Shown: piece after piece, positions 34,016 to 45,914 of the stretch | Numbering within the stretch: position 1 is the stretch's first letter | How the letters are laid out: each line of letters opens with the position of its first letter | NCBI RefSeq assembly: GCF_902713615.1 | Contig: NC_052146.1 | Coordinates: 14,958,938-15,022,937, forward strand | DNA: 64,000 nucleotides | Reading direction: 5' to 3' | Source of the DNA: Scyliorhinus canicula | Lineage: Eukaryota | Translations under genes and position numbers: made by a program | Notes under the pieces: model-generated | The model's database searches: none | What the model was told of the DNA's origin: nothing | What the model saw: only the letters and a program-made list of their open reading frames with translations

Positions 34016-36890
34016 TGTGTTGTTCCTTGTCTCTGAATAAAGCGTGTAGTCTTAAAGTTGAAGTAGATGCTTTATTGTGAGTTTGTTCTCTCTCCAGCGC
34101 TTAACTTAATGTTACATCTGAGCTGCCTGTCTGTTCTGCTTCCAGCTGCCGTTCCTGTGAAGTGCCTCTAACTTCTTGTCTCTCTCTATTTATACCTCTC
34201 CCATGCTCCCTCTGGTGCTTGCTCAGTTGTATTGCATCTACATTGACCCCTTGTATATATACAGATCACTACATCCCCCTTTTTTCTTTTACATATTTTC
34301 TGTACAGTGGTAAAGAAAATTGTACAAAACAGTTAGATTACTTATGATATGCTTATGATATGTATATCTGTACAAGTGGTGATGACATAGGTTATTATAC
34401 AAAGTCAATTGATATTTATGAGTCCAATCTGAATAAAAATATTTATGAGTCCAAACTTTATGAATTTGTTTGGTGAGGTTTTTTTTTCTTTTGTTGATGT
34501 GGTGATATTGATATTGCAACTCCTTTGTGAATGTCGTCAGTGTTCTTGTGTGTTAAGTAACCAACAAGTCATCCCGAGGTGTTTGAATGGTCGAACCACT
34601 GATGTTGACTGACGTGGACTTTTGTTTCTGTGCTTGTGGTATCGATTTAGTGTGTCATCTGCCTTGAAAGCTGGTGTTCTTGCTTGTTTTGGAGCAGATG
34701 TGAATCCATGAGATTCTTTGTCATGCCATGGCATGTTTGTAGTCTTGTCATTGTTTTGCAGTGTGCTGTGGCATTGTCCTTCACGTGCAGAGTTGTACCA
34801 TTTTGTACAGGTCGTTGTTTCATTATTGTTTCTGTCATTTCTGTCTTTGTTGTTTTCATTGTCGTTCTTGTTACTGTTTTTGTTGTTTCTGTCTTTGTTG
34901 TTTTCATTGTCGTTCTTGTTGTTTTTGTCATTTCTGTCTTTGTTGTTTTCATTGTCATTTTTGTTGTTGTTTTTGTCATTTCTGTCTTTGTTGTTTGCGT
35001 TGTCATTCTTGTTGTTGTTTTTGTCGTGCTTGTTGTTTCTGTTTTTGTTGTTTTCGTCATTGTTCTTGTCATGCTTGTTGTTGTCTTTGTTATGCTTCTT
35101 GTTGTTTTTGTTGTTGTTTTTGTAGTTTTTGTTGTTGTACTTGTAGTTTTTGTTGTTGCTCTTGTTGTTCTTGTTTCTGCAGTGCTTGTTGCGATTTTTG
35201 TTGTTCTTGTTGTGCTTCATGTTGTTTTTGTTCTTGCTGTTGTTGTTCTTGTTTATGCTGTGGTTCTTGTGGTTTTTGTTTTTCTTGTTGCACTCAATGA
35301 GTGTTCCGTGTGGATAATTTCAGTCATTCTCACAGTTATTGGTGCGAGTGTCCTTTGTGGTATCTGTTACATTGAGCGTTCCGTATAGAGGATGGTGAGA
35401 ATAATCTGATGTTGCATTGAGGTTGGTGACATCAGTCATTTGTGGTGGATTTGATTCCCCTTCTTTGCTTTCTTGGTACTCCTCTTCTGGAGTCAAAATC
35501 TTCACAATTTCATTCTCTTGTGGGTCTTGGTGCTCCTCTTCTGAAGTCAAAATCTTCATGATTTCTATTGATGTGGTCTCTCTGGACTTTTGGCGCTCCT
35601 CTTCTGGAGTCAAAATCTTCAAGATTTCTATTGACATGGTCTCTCTGGGCTCATGAGTAGCCTACTTTGTGCTTCTGTACAGACGAGCTGAGATCTGTCA
35701 GTCTCACTGTGATCCAGTACCTCCTGTATGTCGAGTGTGATCACATTGTCACTGTTTTTGCATGCAGTGGGTAGACTTACATTGTCTTTTTCTTGATTGT
35801 GTGAGCTTGGTAGACTTTCATAGTCTGCTTGTGGTTGCTCAGATACGGTGGGTTGACTTTCATGGTCTTGTTCATGCATGGTGTTCACTATGGTTCCATT
35901 TTTGAGTCTGTCACCGAGCTTTCTGTGGAGGCTTGCGTCACTCTCTTTGTGGAGGCTTGCATCACTCTCTTTGTGGAGGCTTCCGTTGCTCTCTTTGTGG
36001 AGTCTTTCATCGCTCGCTCTGTGGAGCCCTTCATCGCTCTCTCTGTGGAGTCTTTCTGTGCTCTCTGTGTGGTGTCGTCTTCGTCTTGGATATTGCTGTC
36101 ATCCAATGTATTGATGATCTGCCATGGTACCATGGTATTGGATTAATCTACCATGAGAAGAGTAGTGTTGAGCTTTTCAACCTTGTTGCTGATGCTGTGA
36201 TCAGCATATCCGAATAACTCAGCCATGTCTGAGCAGTATTGTGTGTATTGTTCGATAGCCATATCATCCCTTTTTCTTTCGGAGTTGTTATCGTTGTCTT
36301 CATATTCAATGTACAAATCACCTTCTTTGGTTCCGGATTTTTCATTGTGCTCTTCACTTTGGGTGGTGCAGACTGTTCCAGGGTGTTGTGAGAGTTATTT
36401 TCAACTGCTGGTATAAGTTCAGGCATTGTTCTGTCTTTTGAGGTAAGAAAATTGGGTTTCACAGCTTTACGTGTCTTGTTTTCAATTTTCGGGCCTTTCC
36501 CTTTTAAATGGGTGTGATCCGGGTACTCTGACGTCATGACGCTCGTGACATCATGCGTAGGAATCGATTGCGCAAATCAATCTTCCTTTACTATGCGGTT
36601 TTTTGTCCACTCCACATGCGCAACTTGCGCATGCGCGGAACCATCTTCAAATGGTGTGATCTTTCCTTTCAACTGGGCATGCGCAGCCGGCGCATGCGCA
36701 GAACGATCTGTGACTAAAACTTCTTTTTCTAACTGCGCATGCGCAGAACGCAAAATGGCTGATTTTAGCTGCGCACATGCGGCTTCTGCCTCCTGCGCAT
36801 GTGCAGAAGGAGATTTTCATCTTTTGTTCCCTGGAGACTGTAAAATTTCGCATCAGTAATGTATATAAGCAACAACTGTTCATAAATGTG
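34016..36890 (-). mobile_element. 5'-truncated LTR retroelement: low-complexity internal region, PPT (34274-34286) and 3' LTR (34016-34273)
   Basis: Minus strand GAAAAAAGGGGGA directly followed by TGTAGTG...CAACACA; TATA and AATAAA inside LTR; no RT, RNase H or integrase motifs. Confidence 0.8.
34537..36840 (-). pseudogene. Disrupted ~750-codon low-complexity ORF of the LTR element (SAHAQ, STERAMKD, KILTPEEE repeats, Asn/Lys-rich tract)
   Basis: ORFs 36148-36537, 35888-36133, 35628-35888, 35320-35637 and 34537-35220 are collinear and joined by frameshifts or single TGA stops; first frame extends upstream to ~36840. Confidence 0.6.
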
Positions 36891-37706
36891 AGAAAAGCCA
36901 GTAAAAAGATTTTTTAAAAAAGGATTGTTATATGTGGTCTGTCATTCTCCATATCAGGAAACCTACAACCACACTGGATGCAAATGGTAATTTGTTGAGA
37001 GCTGGGAGGCAGGAGGAGTGGGTGCGGGGGGAGAATTTGCCAAGCAGGATCTGTGTCCAAATTGCCCAACTTCATTTTGTAACAAAGCCAGCAATTGCTA
37101 CATCAATCAGCCAGGGATGGATTTTGAATTTAGATCTCCAAGCTTCAAGGCTGCGGCTGAAACTCTGGCAATTTGGGGCTGAGGTGGGGAATAAGAGCCA
37201 GATGTTTAGCACCTCGAGAAGAGAGGGAGTTTGGAGCGGTTCCCGACCAGCCACCTAATTTATAAGTTCCATCAGAAAGCAGCCTGGAGGATGATGTACT
37301 TGGTGCCTCTTCAGTGTAAACCATGTGAAAGAGCAGCTTTAGAAAAGAGTGGATCGGCTGACCACGATTCCATTGTTTCTCCCTCTGAGTTTGCTCCTTT
37401 GATGAATATCTGTATACTCGATCTTGTTGCGAAGTTTACTTGATCAGGGCTGAAACATTTCTTTAAAGCGGATATGGAGGATGCACATGTCCCTACTGAG
37501 CATCTTTCAAGCTGAACCCTTGAGACAGAAGGTCAGGGACATGAAGGGAATGCAGTAGGTTCAAGGACACAGTGGTTCGAGAGCTGTAAAGGCAGAACAT
37601 CTTCTGTTAGGCTTGACGCAATGTTACAATCACCGAGATGATGCATATGCAAGCTCTGCATCTCCCACGAATCGCATCGATCATCCTATTGTTCGGCCCT
37701 TCACTG

Positions 37707-37939
37707 TGATGCGACCATCAATTCACACGAGACGAAGAGTTGAAGTGAACAGTGGTTTTAATCATCTAGATCTGTGCCTGCCTGAGACTGCTCTGTACTG
37801 AGTGCCGCCTCCAGGCTGCAGATCTATATACCTCCCCCGAGGGGCGGAGCCATAGGCGGAGTCCACAAGGGCATCAACATAATACGATACAATGTAATGC
37901 AATACAATGGTGAATGGTAGCAGTAATACATTCACCACA
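37707..37939 (-). mobile_element. Solo LTR (family X), 5-bp TSD CACTG
   Basis: CACTG at 37702-37706 and 37940-37944; TG...CA termini. Confidence 0.88.
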
Positions 37940-38164
37940 CACTGGAAATGCTGGAATCAGAAACCAACTCCAAAGGTTCTTGATAAAATAAGCATTCTGT
38001 GGATGCTGGAAATCTGAAATAATTCGGAAAATGTTGGAAATACTCAGCAGGTCAGGCTGTTATTGGCCTAAAACGTTTACTCTGTTTCACTCTCCATTGA
38101 TGCTGCATCTTCGCTGGTTAATCGTTAACAGTATCATTGAGCACACAAAGGAGAAAATAAAGAA

Positions 38165-38335
38165 AGAAAGAAAATCGCTTATTGTCACAAGTAGGCTTCA
38201 AATGAAGTTACTGTGAAAAGCCCCTAGTCGCCACATTTTGGCGCCTGTTCGGGGAGGCTGGTACGTGAATTGAACCGTGCTGCTGGCCTGCCCTGGTCTG
38301 CTTTCAAAGCCAGCGATTTAGCTGTGTGTTAAGCC
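38165..38335 (-). mobile_element. Short tRNA-head SINE with Rex/Babar-type tail
   Basis: Reverse complement of the 45341-45520 type. Confidence 0.85.
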
Positions 38336-38528
38336 TTAGCTTTGCCAACGTGCCCCGAAGCTCTCTCTCAGTCTGGGCAGAGTCTGGATCCAAACTGCCT
38401 CAATAGTTCCACTGGACTCCAACTATAACTCAATTCATGGAATCCACAGGATGAAGGCAAGTACCTGGTAATCCCAGGTCAATTCCAATTCTAGGATTGT
38501 AAGGAATGGGCATTTTCGCCACCATGTA

Positions 38529-38809
38529 CAGGGTCAATGATGTTGGAATGGGAAGAGTCAGGAGTGGTGACTCCCAATGCTGGAAGTTTGCCCTTGCTCA
38601 GCTCTGTGGTGACACTGTTGAGGTCAGTAATGGAGGGGCATCCGAGCTGCAGGCTCACTGGCCTGATTTTAACCCAGTGTAAGTGGATGGCTTTGAATAG
38701 CTTAAAATATTGCCCTTCATCTTTCTCTGGTAACTGTCTGAGCCTTGCTGAACCAGAATGTTCACGTCCTTGGTGTCCTATTTGACTCTGAGATGAGCTT
38801 CTAATCACG
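38529..38809. repeat. Donor copy of a 281-bp near-identical local duplication
   Basis: Matches 39337-39617 with 3 substitutions seen. Confidence 0.95.
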
Positions 38810-39090
38810 TATCTGCACCATCACTAAGATAGCTTCTTTCCACCTCCAACATCACCTGCTCCAGTATCACATCATTCTCATTTATTACCTTGTTACCTCG
38901 AGCCTTGACTATTCCAATGTTCTCCTGGCTCCAACACTGTACCCCTCTGTGAACTTATCATCTTGTTCCAGCTCACACCAAATCCCGTGCAACCATCACC
39001 CTGGTGTTCCTGACCTACACTGGTTCCCGCTTAAGCAATGTCTCAACCTCATTCTTCTTTTCAAATTGCTCCATAGCCTTGCCCCTCCCG
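38710..39090 (+). mobile_element. Old L2 LINE 3' fragment (resumes at ~40490)
   Basis: GACTATTCCAATGTTCTCCTGGCT, CCATCACCCTGGTGTTCCTGACCTACACTGG L2-like motifs. Confidence 0.65.
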
Positions 39091-39336
39091 ATGGGTGGGA
39101 TCTACCGCCCGCATTTCACCCGAATAGCAGCGCGGCGCAGCCGGGTGATCCCACTTCCGTAATGTAACACGATCTTGTGAGATGGCGCGATGTGAATCCC
39201 ACCCATTGTGGGCAGGATGACTTTCTTGCAAATCTGCGTATTACAATGCACAGCTAGTCTCACTCTAATATGTATTCCTGAGATGTAACCAAGGGATCTA
39301 CCCCCATTGCCTTGGAGATCGTGGGTGAGCCCTGTT

Positions 39337-39617
39337 CAGGGTCAATGATGTTGGAGTGGGAAGAGTCAGGAGTGGTGACTCCCAATGCTGGAAGTTTGCC
39401 CTTGCTCAGCTCTGTGGTGACACTGTTGAGGTCAGTAATGGAGGGGCATGCGAGCTGCAGGCTCACTGGCCTGATTTTAACCCAGTGTAAGTGGATGGCT
39501 TTGAATAGCTTAAAATATTGCCCTTCATCTTTCTCTGGTAACTGTCTGAGCCTTGCTGAACCAGAATGTTCATGTCCTTGGTGTCCTATTTGACTCTGAG
39601 ATGAGCTTCTAATCACG
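39337..39617. repeat. Inserted copy of 38529-38809
   Basis: 281 bp, offset 808 bp, direct orientation. Confidence 0.95.
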
Positions 39618-39758
39618 CTGTCCAGAAATGGAGACCAGGTGGAATACCACTCGTGGGGGTCTCTCAGAGGACCCTAGGTGCATGCCATCTGGTGGCATGG
39701 CACCCTGGTAGTGCTGATGCCACCTGGCACCCTGGCAGTGCCAACTAGTTGCCAGCCT

Positions 39759-40145
39759 GGCACTGCCAAGGTGCCCAGGTGGCACTTTCAGCTGCCAGTG
39801 ACACTGCCAGGGTGCTAGGCTGGTGCTGCCAAGGTGCCCAGGTGGCACTTTCAGCTGCCAGTGACACTACCAGGGTGCTAGGCTGGTGCTGCCAAGGTGC
39901 CCAGGTGGCACTTTCAGCTGCCAGTGACAGTGCCAGGGTGCTAGGCTGGTGCTGCCAAGGTGCCCAGGTGGCACTTTCAGCTGCCAGTGACAGTGCCAGG
40001 GTGCTAGGCTGGTGCTGCCAAGGTGCCCAGGTGGCACTTTCAGCTGCCAGTGGCACTGCCAGGGTGCTAGGCTGGTCTGCCAAGGTGCCCAGGTGGCACT
40101 TTCAGCTGCCAGTGACACTGCCAGGGTGCTAGGCTGGTGCTGCTA
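39759..40145. repeat. 63-bp tandem repeat, about 6 near-identical units
   Basis: AAGGTGCCCAGGTGGCACTTTCAGCTGCCAGTGACA...; period 63 (39831 to 39894); 21-aa periodicity in ORFs. Confidence 0.95.
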
Positions 40146-40581
40146 AGATGGCCTTTGCAGTGTGTGGGGTATGGGCTGGGGAGTGCCCTGTGTGGGTGTG
40201 GGAGGTTGCGGGGGGGGGGGCCCGAGAACCCCCTTTAGTGAGTCAGGGCTTTGGGGCGGTTCAGGGATCGTGTCGGGAGATCGGGACACAATTTCACAAA
40301 GCTGAGCTCCTCAGTCCAGGGAATGGGGCTAAGTGCGGCCTCGGCCATGTGTTCCCTGCTGAGGCCTCCGATCTAGCCGGATGGGCGTTAGATAGTGGGG
40401 TGTTTCTCAGCGCCCTGAGCACCAGGAAGCAACCGGCTAATCACGGAACAAGATTCTGTCCCCATTCGGGTCGATCGCACCCAATATTTGTGATATCCTC
40501 CAGCCTTACAGGCCCCTGAGATATCCACATTATTCCATTTCTGGACTCTTGAAAATCGATGATGTTAATCATTCCCCCATT

Positions 40582-41375
40582 GAAATGAAATGAAAAATTA
40601 AAATGGCTTATTGTCATGAGTAGGCTTCAATGAAGTTACTGTGAAAATCCCCTAGTCGCCACATTCCGGCGCCTGTCCGGGGAGGCTGGTACGGGAATCG
40701 AACCCGCACTGCTGACCTGTGTTGGTCTGCTTTAAAAGCCAGCGATTTAGCTCAGTGAGCTAAACCAGCCCCATTGACGAGCCTGCCTTCAGTTTTCAAG
40801 GCCCTAATCTGTAGAATTCGCTCTGGAAATCTTTCTTCCTCACTTTCATCCTTTAAGACACTCCACAGTAGCACAGTGGTTAGCACTGTTGCTTCGCAAC
40901 GCCAGTGTCCCAGGTTCGATTCCCGGTTTGGGTCATTGTCTGTACCGAGTCTGCATATTCTCCCCGTGTCTGCATGGATTTCCTCCGGATGCTCCGGTTT
41001 CCGCCCACAAGTCCCGAAAGACGTGCTGTTCGGTGAAATGGACATTCTGAATTCTCCCTCTGTGTACCCGAACAGGCGCCTGAGTGTGGCGACTAGGGGC
41101 TTTTCACACTAACTTCATTGCAGTGTTAATGTAAGCCTACTTGTGACAATAATAAAGATTATTGTAAACCATTACTCATTGACTAAACATTTGGTCGTTT
41201 GCCCAGATATGTCCCTGTTTGTCTCAATGTCACATATTGCTCAATAACACGGCTGTAAAGCTGTATACCAGCCCGTACCAACCTCCCCGAACAGGCGGCA
41301 GAATGTGGTGACTAGGGGCTTTTCACAGTAAGTTCATTTGAAGCCAACTTGTGACAATAAGCGATTTTCATTTCA
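40582..41375. mobile_element. Three Rex/Babar-tailed SINEs (40582-40772 -, 40864-41165 +, 41270-41375 +) within L2 remnant
   Basis: Shared GGGGCTTTTCAC..GTGACAATAA tail. Confidence 0.85.
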
Positions 41376-41649
41376 AAGCATCTTGGGGCATTTTACAGAG
41401 TTTAAGAGGCTCATTAATGACAGGTGTTTTGAAAACACCTCTAGAAAAATGGCTTCAGTTTGAAAAACCGAGTTCAGATATCTGCACCGACTCAGGGGCG
41501 CAGGTGGGCAAGTCTTGGCAGGATGAGCTTGGCATTCTCCATGATGGCAGAGGAGCTGCAAATATCTTGGCTGCGTGGAGAGGGATGGGCAATAAATGTT
41601 GGTCTAACCAGCGACACCCACTTATCCTGGAATGAATAAAATAATAAAA

Positions 41650-42620
41650 AAGCACCATGGTTCAGCCAAGGGTGGGCCTCCAGGACTGGCAGTGCCAGGT
41701 TATGGTGGCGCCTCCGGAGTTCACTCAGGCCTCCCCTTCGTCCAATGGAGTAACCTAGGGGCCATCAAGCACTCCGAGGGAGGAGGAAGTGATGGGGTCC
41801 GTGCTGGTGCCTCCCGCTGGTGCCTCCCGCAAGGGAAGCGCTGAAACTCCTCAACCCTTCCGAATCCCCACAACCCGACACTGGCGCATCAGCTGGGCAG
41901 TGGGCAGAATGGGGTGACGCATCATCACCTGTGACACCTGAAGGTTGGCCAGGCCTATCCAGACCCAGACCCTCCAGAGGGCATACACCATGGGCATCAC
42001 AGGGCGAAGAAGCGATAAGCCACAGAAGATAAGAAAGATGGCTGACACTTAAGTTGGCAGGTGTAGTAGAGAGTAGATAGTAAGGGGGAAGGGCACACAT
42101 AGTGTAAATAGTTACACTGAAGCAGTTTTGCACCACCACTCTGACCTATCAGTAACCTGCCTGACAGGTGTGAAGGATGGGCTGGGGCTGGGTGTTGTGC
42201 AGTGGCCAGGTGGGTCATGTGGGCTGGGGGAGGGGGTGGAGCAACAGAGCGCCCATGACATATGAATGTCCCACATGCTTAGACCCTTACCAAGAAGTGG
42301 CAGTGCGTGGGAGAAGCAGTGTGAGCCCGCCTTGTATGGCAGCACCCCCAGTGAGTGAGCCCTAACCGCTCACCCTCTCACTCAACCTGCTCCCTCCCCA
42401 ACCCGTTTGAGATGACGTAGTCCCCACTGATGCGTGTATTTGCTGGGGAGCCTGGGTTCTACACAAAGGTTGCGACAGGGACCATTACAACGTGTTTGGT
42501 GCCCGGAAATTAACCCAATGTTTGATCCACGCACCACTCTCTGCCCGATCGGGAAAGCCGATGCCGGCATCGATTAATGAAGAATCCAATGGGGAACCAA
42601 AGCCTTACCTGCACCCAGGC
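41650..42620 (-). mobile_element. Probable decayed Harbinger internal sequence
   Basis: GC-rich, low CpG, resembles 19750-20500 in composition; no clean motif. Confidence 0.35.
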
Positions 42621-42805
42621 TCAATTGATTTAAATCAGTGTTTTATGACCCTGTGGAGAGAGAGAATGGACTTCATTTTAGCAAACACTACCGATGTGAA
42701 CTCCCCAGCAATTCAGTTTGGGGACCATTATGTGCAGCCAATTTTCTGCACGAGCCAGAAAAAAAACCTGTAACCGCTATGGTCAGTATTCCCGGGCCTT
42801 TCTCT

Positions 42806-43617
42806 GGCAGAGGGATTCTCTGGTCCTGCCAGCAGCACACCCCTGCCTGCGGATTTCCTGACGGCGTGGGAATTCCCTCTTTTTCACAGCAGAAAGCACT
42901 TAGCTGCTTTTGATGTGGTGAGGAGCTGCCAATCGTAGCAAGAGTGGTTATAAACACTGTGGTTAGCAGCAAAGCAAGGTAACTGAGATGCATCCAAGTA
43001 TGAAGGGAAGGATAGATCAACAGTCCATTAAGCACCTGTGTTTGGACCCATAAAACTGTCAATCACGAACGAATGCAATGTACTACTGTGTGACAAGATT
43101 TGCATTTCAAAGGCTGTCAGGGGATTTAAGGGGCTTTTAAGCATACTTGGATTTTGAAGAAGCCTCCGACACTTCTAACAACAGCTGCTTTCAAGACTTT
43201 TGCCTGAGGCAGCAGATGTTAGGGAAGGATAAACAAAAATGCAACAATTTTTCACCCTACTGCCTGGACTGTTCCTCAGCTTTCAGGCAGGATTCTCTGA
43301 TTGTGGTCTCCGTTGTGGGTCTCTAATGGTGGTTTGTGCTGGGAGTTTCTGATGGGGGTCTCTGATGAGGGCTGCTGGGAGGCTTGGGCGGGAGGTGGGG
43401 TGTTGGGTCACCCTCATGCATGCGTGGTGTGGGGCGGGGGGTGAACCGTTATGCCCGTGGAGGGGTGGAGGCATGGAGCAAGCCCCTACTTGTCAGTATG
43501 GGGATGGGCATAATTTGCATTGTGGGTGGGGAGGGGCCTGCCGCCGGACATTGGTATTGGGCCCCCCCATTCTCCGTTGGCGGGAACACAAGTCTCCAGA
43601 ACGGAGAATCCACGCCT
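42806..43617. mobile_element. Non-autonomous DNA transposon, same family as 7908-9157
   Basis: GGCAGAGGGATTCTC ... GGAGAATCCACGCC termini; shared ~400-bp interior. Confidence 0.6.
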
Positions 43618-44089
43618 ATATTAATTCCCTCTTTTACCTCACCTGGGGAATTCTGAAATGGGAATGTAGCAAAAATCCCGGCGACACATCTAATTGGACT
43701 CTTACTTGGCCTGGTAATAGGGAAAAGCTCCAAGGATATTCCTGGCTCTTGTCCTCAGGCCAGTCTTTGGCAGTAATTTACACGTTAAGTTTAGAATGTT
43801 ATTCCCAGTTTACTCAAATCGCGGTGCCGATCAAACTACAAGATGAAATGGGTTCTCCTTTTGGAGATGAACTGACCAGTGGATGAATGCTGTGCCAGAG
43901 GTTGCCACATACAAAGTAGGTAATGGCAAAGCAAAGCACTGATTCTTCAACCAAGCCCTTTGGTCACAGGAAGAGTTGATCAGGAAGCTAAGTCTGATTT
44001 CCTGTCCATCCATTTAAATGGATGGAAAGACAATGGGTCTACATTCTGATTCTTGCAAGTATCACTATTCGCCAGGAGATCCTGATTTG

Positions 44090-44512
44090 GGAGGCAGTTC
44101 CCCTCCAAGTCACTCACCACCCAGAATTGGAAATATATTGGCCTTTCCTTCACTGTCACTGTCAAAATCCTGGAACTCCCTCCCTAACAGCACAGTGGGT
44201 GTACCTATACCTCAGGGACTGCAGCGGTTCAAGAAGGTAGCTCACCACCACCTTCTGAAGGGCAACTAGGGATGGGCAATAAATGCTTGCCTAGCCAGTG
44301 ATGCCCGCAACCCCATAATAATTATTTTTTTTTAAAAATTCCAATTAGGGGGCAATTTAGCGCGGCCAATCCACCTACCCTGCACATCTTTGGATCCAGA
44401 CACGGGGAGAATGTGCAAACTCCACACGGACAGTGAACCAGGGCCGGGATTGAATGCGGTTCCTCTGCACTGTGAGGCAGCAGTGCTAACCACTGCGCCA
44501 CCGTGCCGCCCC
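44090..44512. mobile_element. Second-family LINE 3' end (44090-44320 +) abutting an A-tailed V-SINE (44325-44512 -)
   Basis: SWNSLPNSTVGVPIPQGLQRFKKVAHHHLLKGN; SINE tail CTAATTGGAATTTT(A)n. Confidence 0.8.
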
Positions 44513-45340
44513 GTCGTAAATGAATTTTTAAAAAGTTCTGTCGAGACTACGTAATGCATTGTATATTCTACTGGGAAATAAAAATGGGTTAATGCATTCC
44601 GATGAAATATATGAGTTCTTCTCAAATAGCTTAAATGGGTTTGAATGAAATCATTAGCTTCACATTTTGACAAAGCTATTAATCTTTTATCTGTCACACA
44701 GGTTGTTTTCACCTCATAGAAGATATTTAAAATTCAAAATTTTTCTTTATTAATTAATTTGATTCTGATCGGGTCTGCACAAGTAATTGCCCAATTATAG
44801 GATCAGAATTGCTGGGTGAGAAAAGTTAAATTCCACCTGGTCCACCTTTGTTCATCCCAGTACTTGCAGGTGTTGACTAATGGTAGCTATTAATCTCTAC
44901 CAATTCATCTACAGCAGAAAACCCAGACAGGCGAGCTAAACCCCAGTGGTGGAAAGCTTTGAGACCAATATTTCCAAAGTCACCTGTTGCTATAGCTGCC
45001 ATATAATGGGAGTCCACACATACAACAAAGAGTGAATATCACTTTCTAGAGAGTGGGCTGTTGAGTTTCACACCAGAATGGAGTCAATCAGAAGCCATTA
45101 AGCTGTCAAACATTTCAACTGTTACCCTGTGGATTGAGCAGTAGCTGGGTTTATAACAGCGTACTAAGTTCACTATTAATGCTAAACAGCCTCTCTGGCC
45201 CTGAAGCAGTAATTTTATATTTGTTGAAAGTCTGATTTCTGTATTATGATAATAACCCCGCGCATATATATATTTATTCAAAAAATAATTGACATTTTTA
45301 GCTTCTGCCCTGATCCCATGTATGTGCTCCAATCATGATA

Positions 45341-45832
45341 GGGGCTGGTTTAGCACAGGGCTAAATCGCTGGCTTTGAAAGCAGACCAAGGCAGGCCAGC
45401 AGCACGGTTCAATTCCTGTACCAGCCTCCCCAAACAGGGGCCGGAATGTGGCGACTAGGGGCTTTTCACAGTAACGTCATTTGAAGCCTACTTGTGACAA
45501 TAAGTGAATTTAATTTCATTAGTTTCACTAATAATGTAATAATCTTTATTATTGTCACAAGTAGGCTTACATTAACACCGCAATGAAGTTACTGTGAAAA
45601 TCCCCCAGTCGCCAAATTCCGGCGCCTGTTCGGGCACACGGAGGGAGAATTCAGAATGTCCAATTCACCACGTTTTTCGGGACTTGTGGGAGGAAACTGA
45701 AGCACCGGGAGGAATCCCACGCAGACGCGGGGAGAACGTGCAGACTCCGCACAGATAGTGACCCAAGTGGGAATCGAACCTGGGACCCTGGCGCTGTGAA
45801 ACAACAGTGCTAACCACTGTGCTACTGTGCCA
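45341..45832. mobile_element. Short SINE (45341-45520 +) and V-SINE (45535-45832 -), tail to tail, both with Rex/Babar tail
   Basis: Shared tail in inverted orientation. Confidence 0.88.
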
Positions 45833-45914
45833 CCCCACTACTTTTAGAATTTAAGATTGGAAGTGAGGGGATTCTGCTTCTTTTGCTTCTGCTTTCACTG
45901 AGCCTGCATTTTGT

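Larger units (their letters stand above)
39093..40482. mobile_element. Harbinger-type non-autonomous element containing a captured flank copy and a VNTR
   Basis: TIRs GGGTGGGATC ... GATCGCACCC; interrupts L2. Confidence 0.7.

Noticed and set aside
34684-35388. Val/Phe-, Leu- and Cys-rich plus-strand ORFs resembling membrane or metallothionein-like proteins
   Set aside because: Antisense readings of the (AAC)n-rich tract of the minus-strand LTR element
39759-40145. CRISPR-like array or repeat protein
   Set aside because: Head-to-tail units with no unique spacers; eukaryotic context; no cas genes
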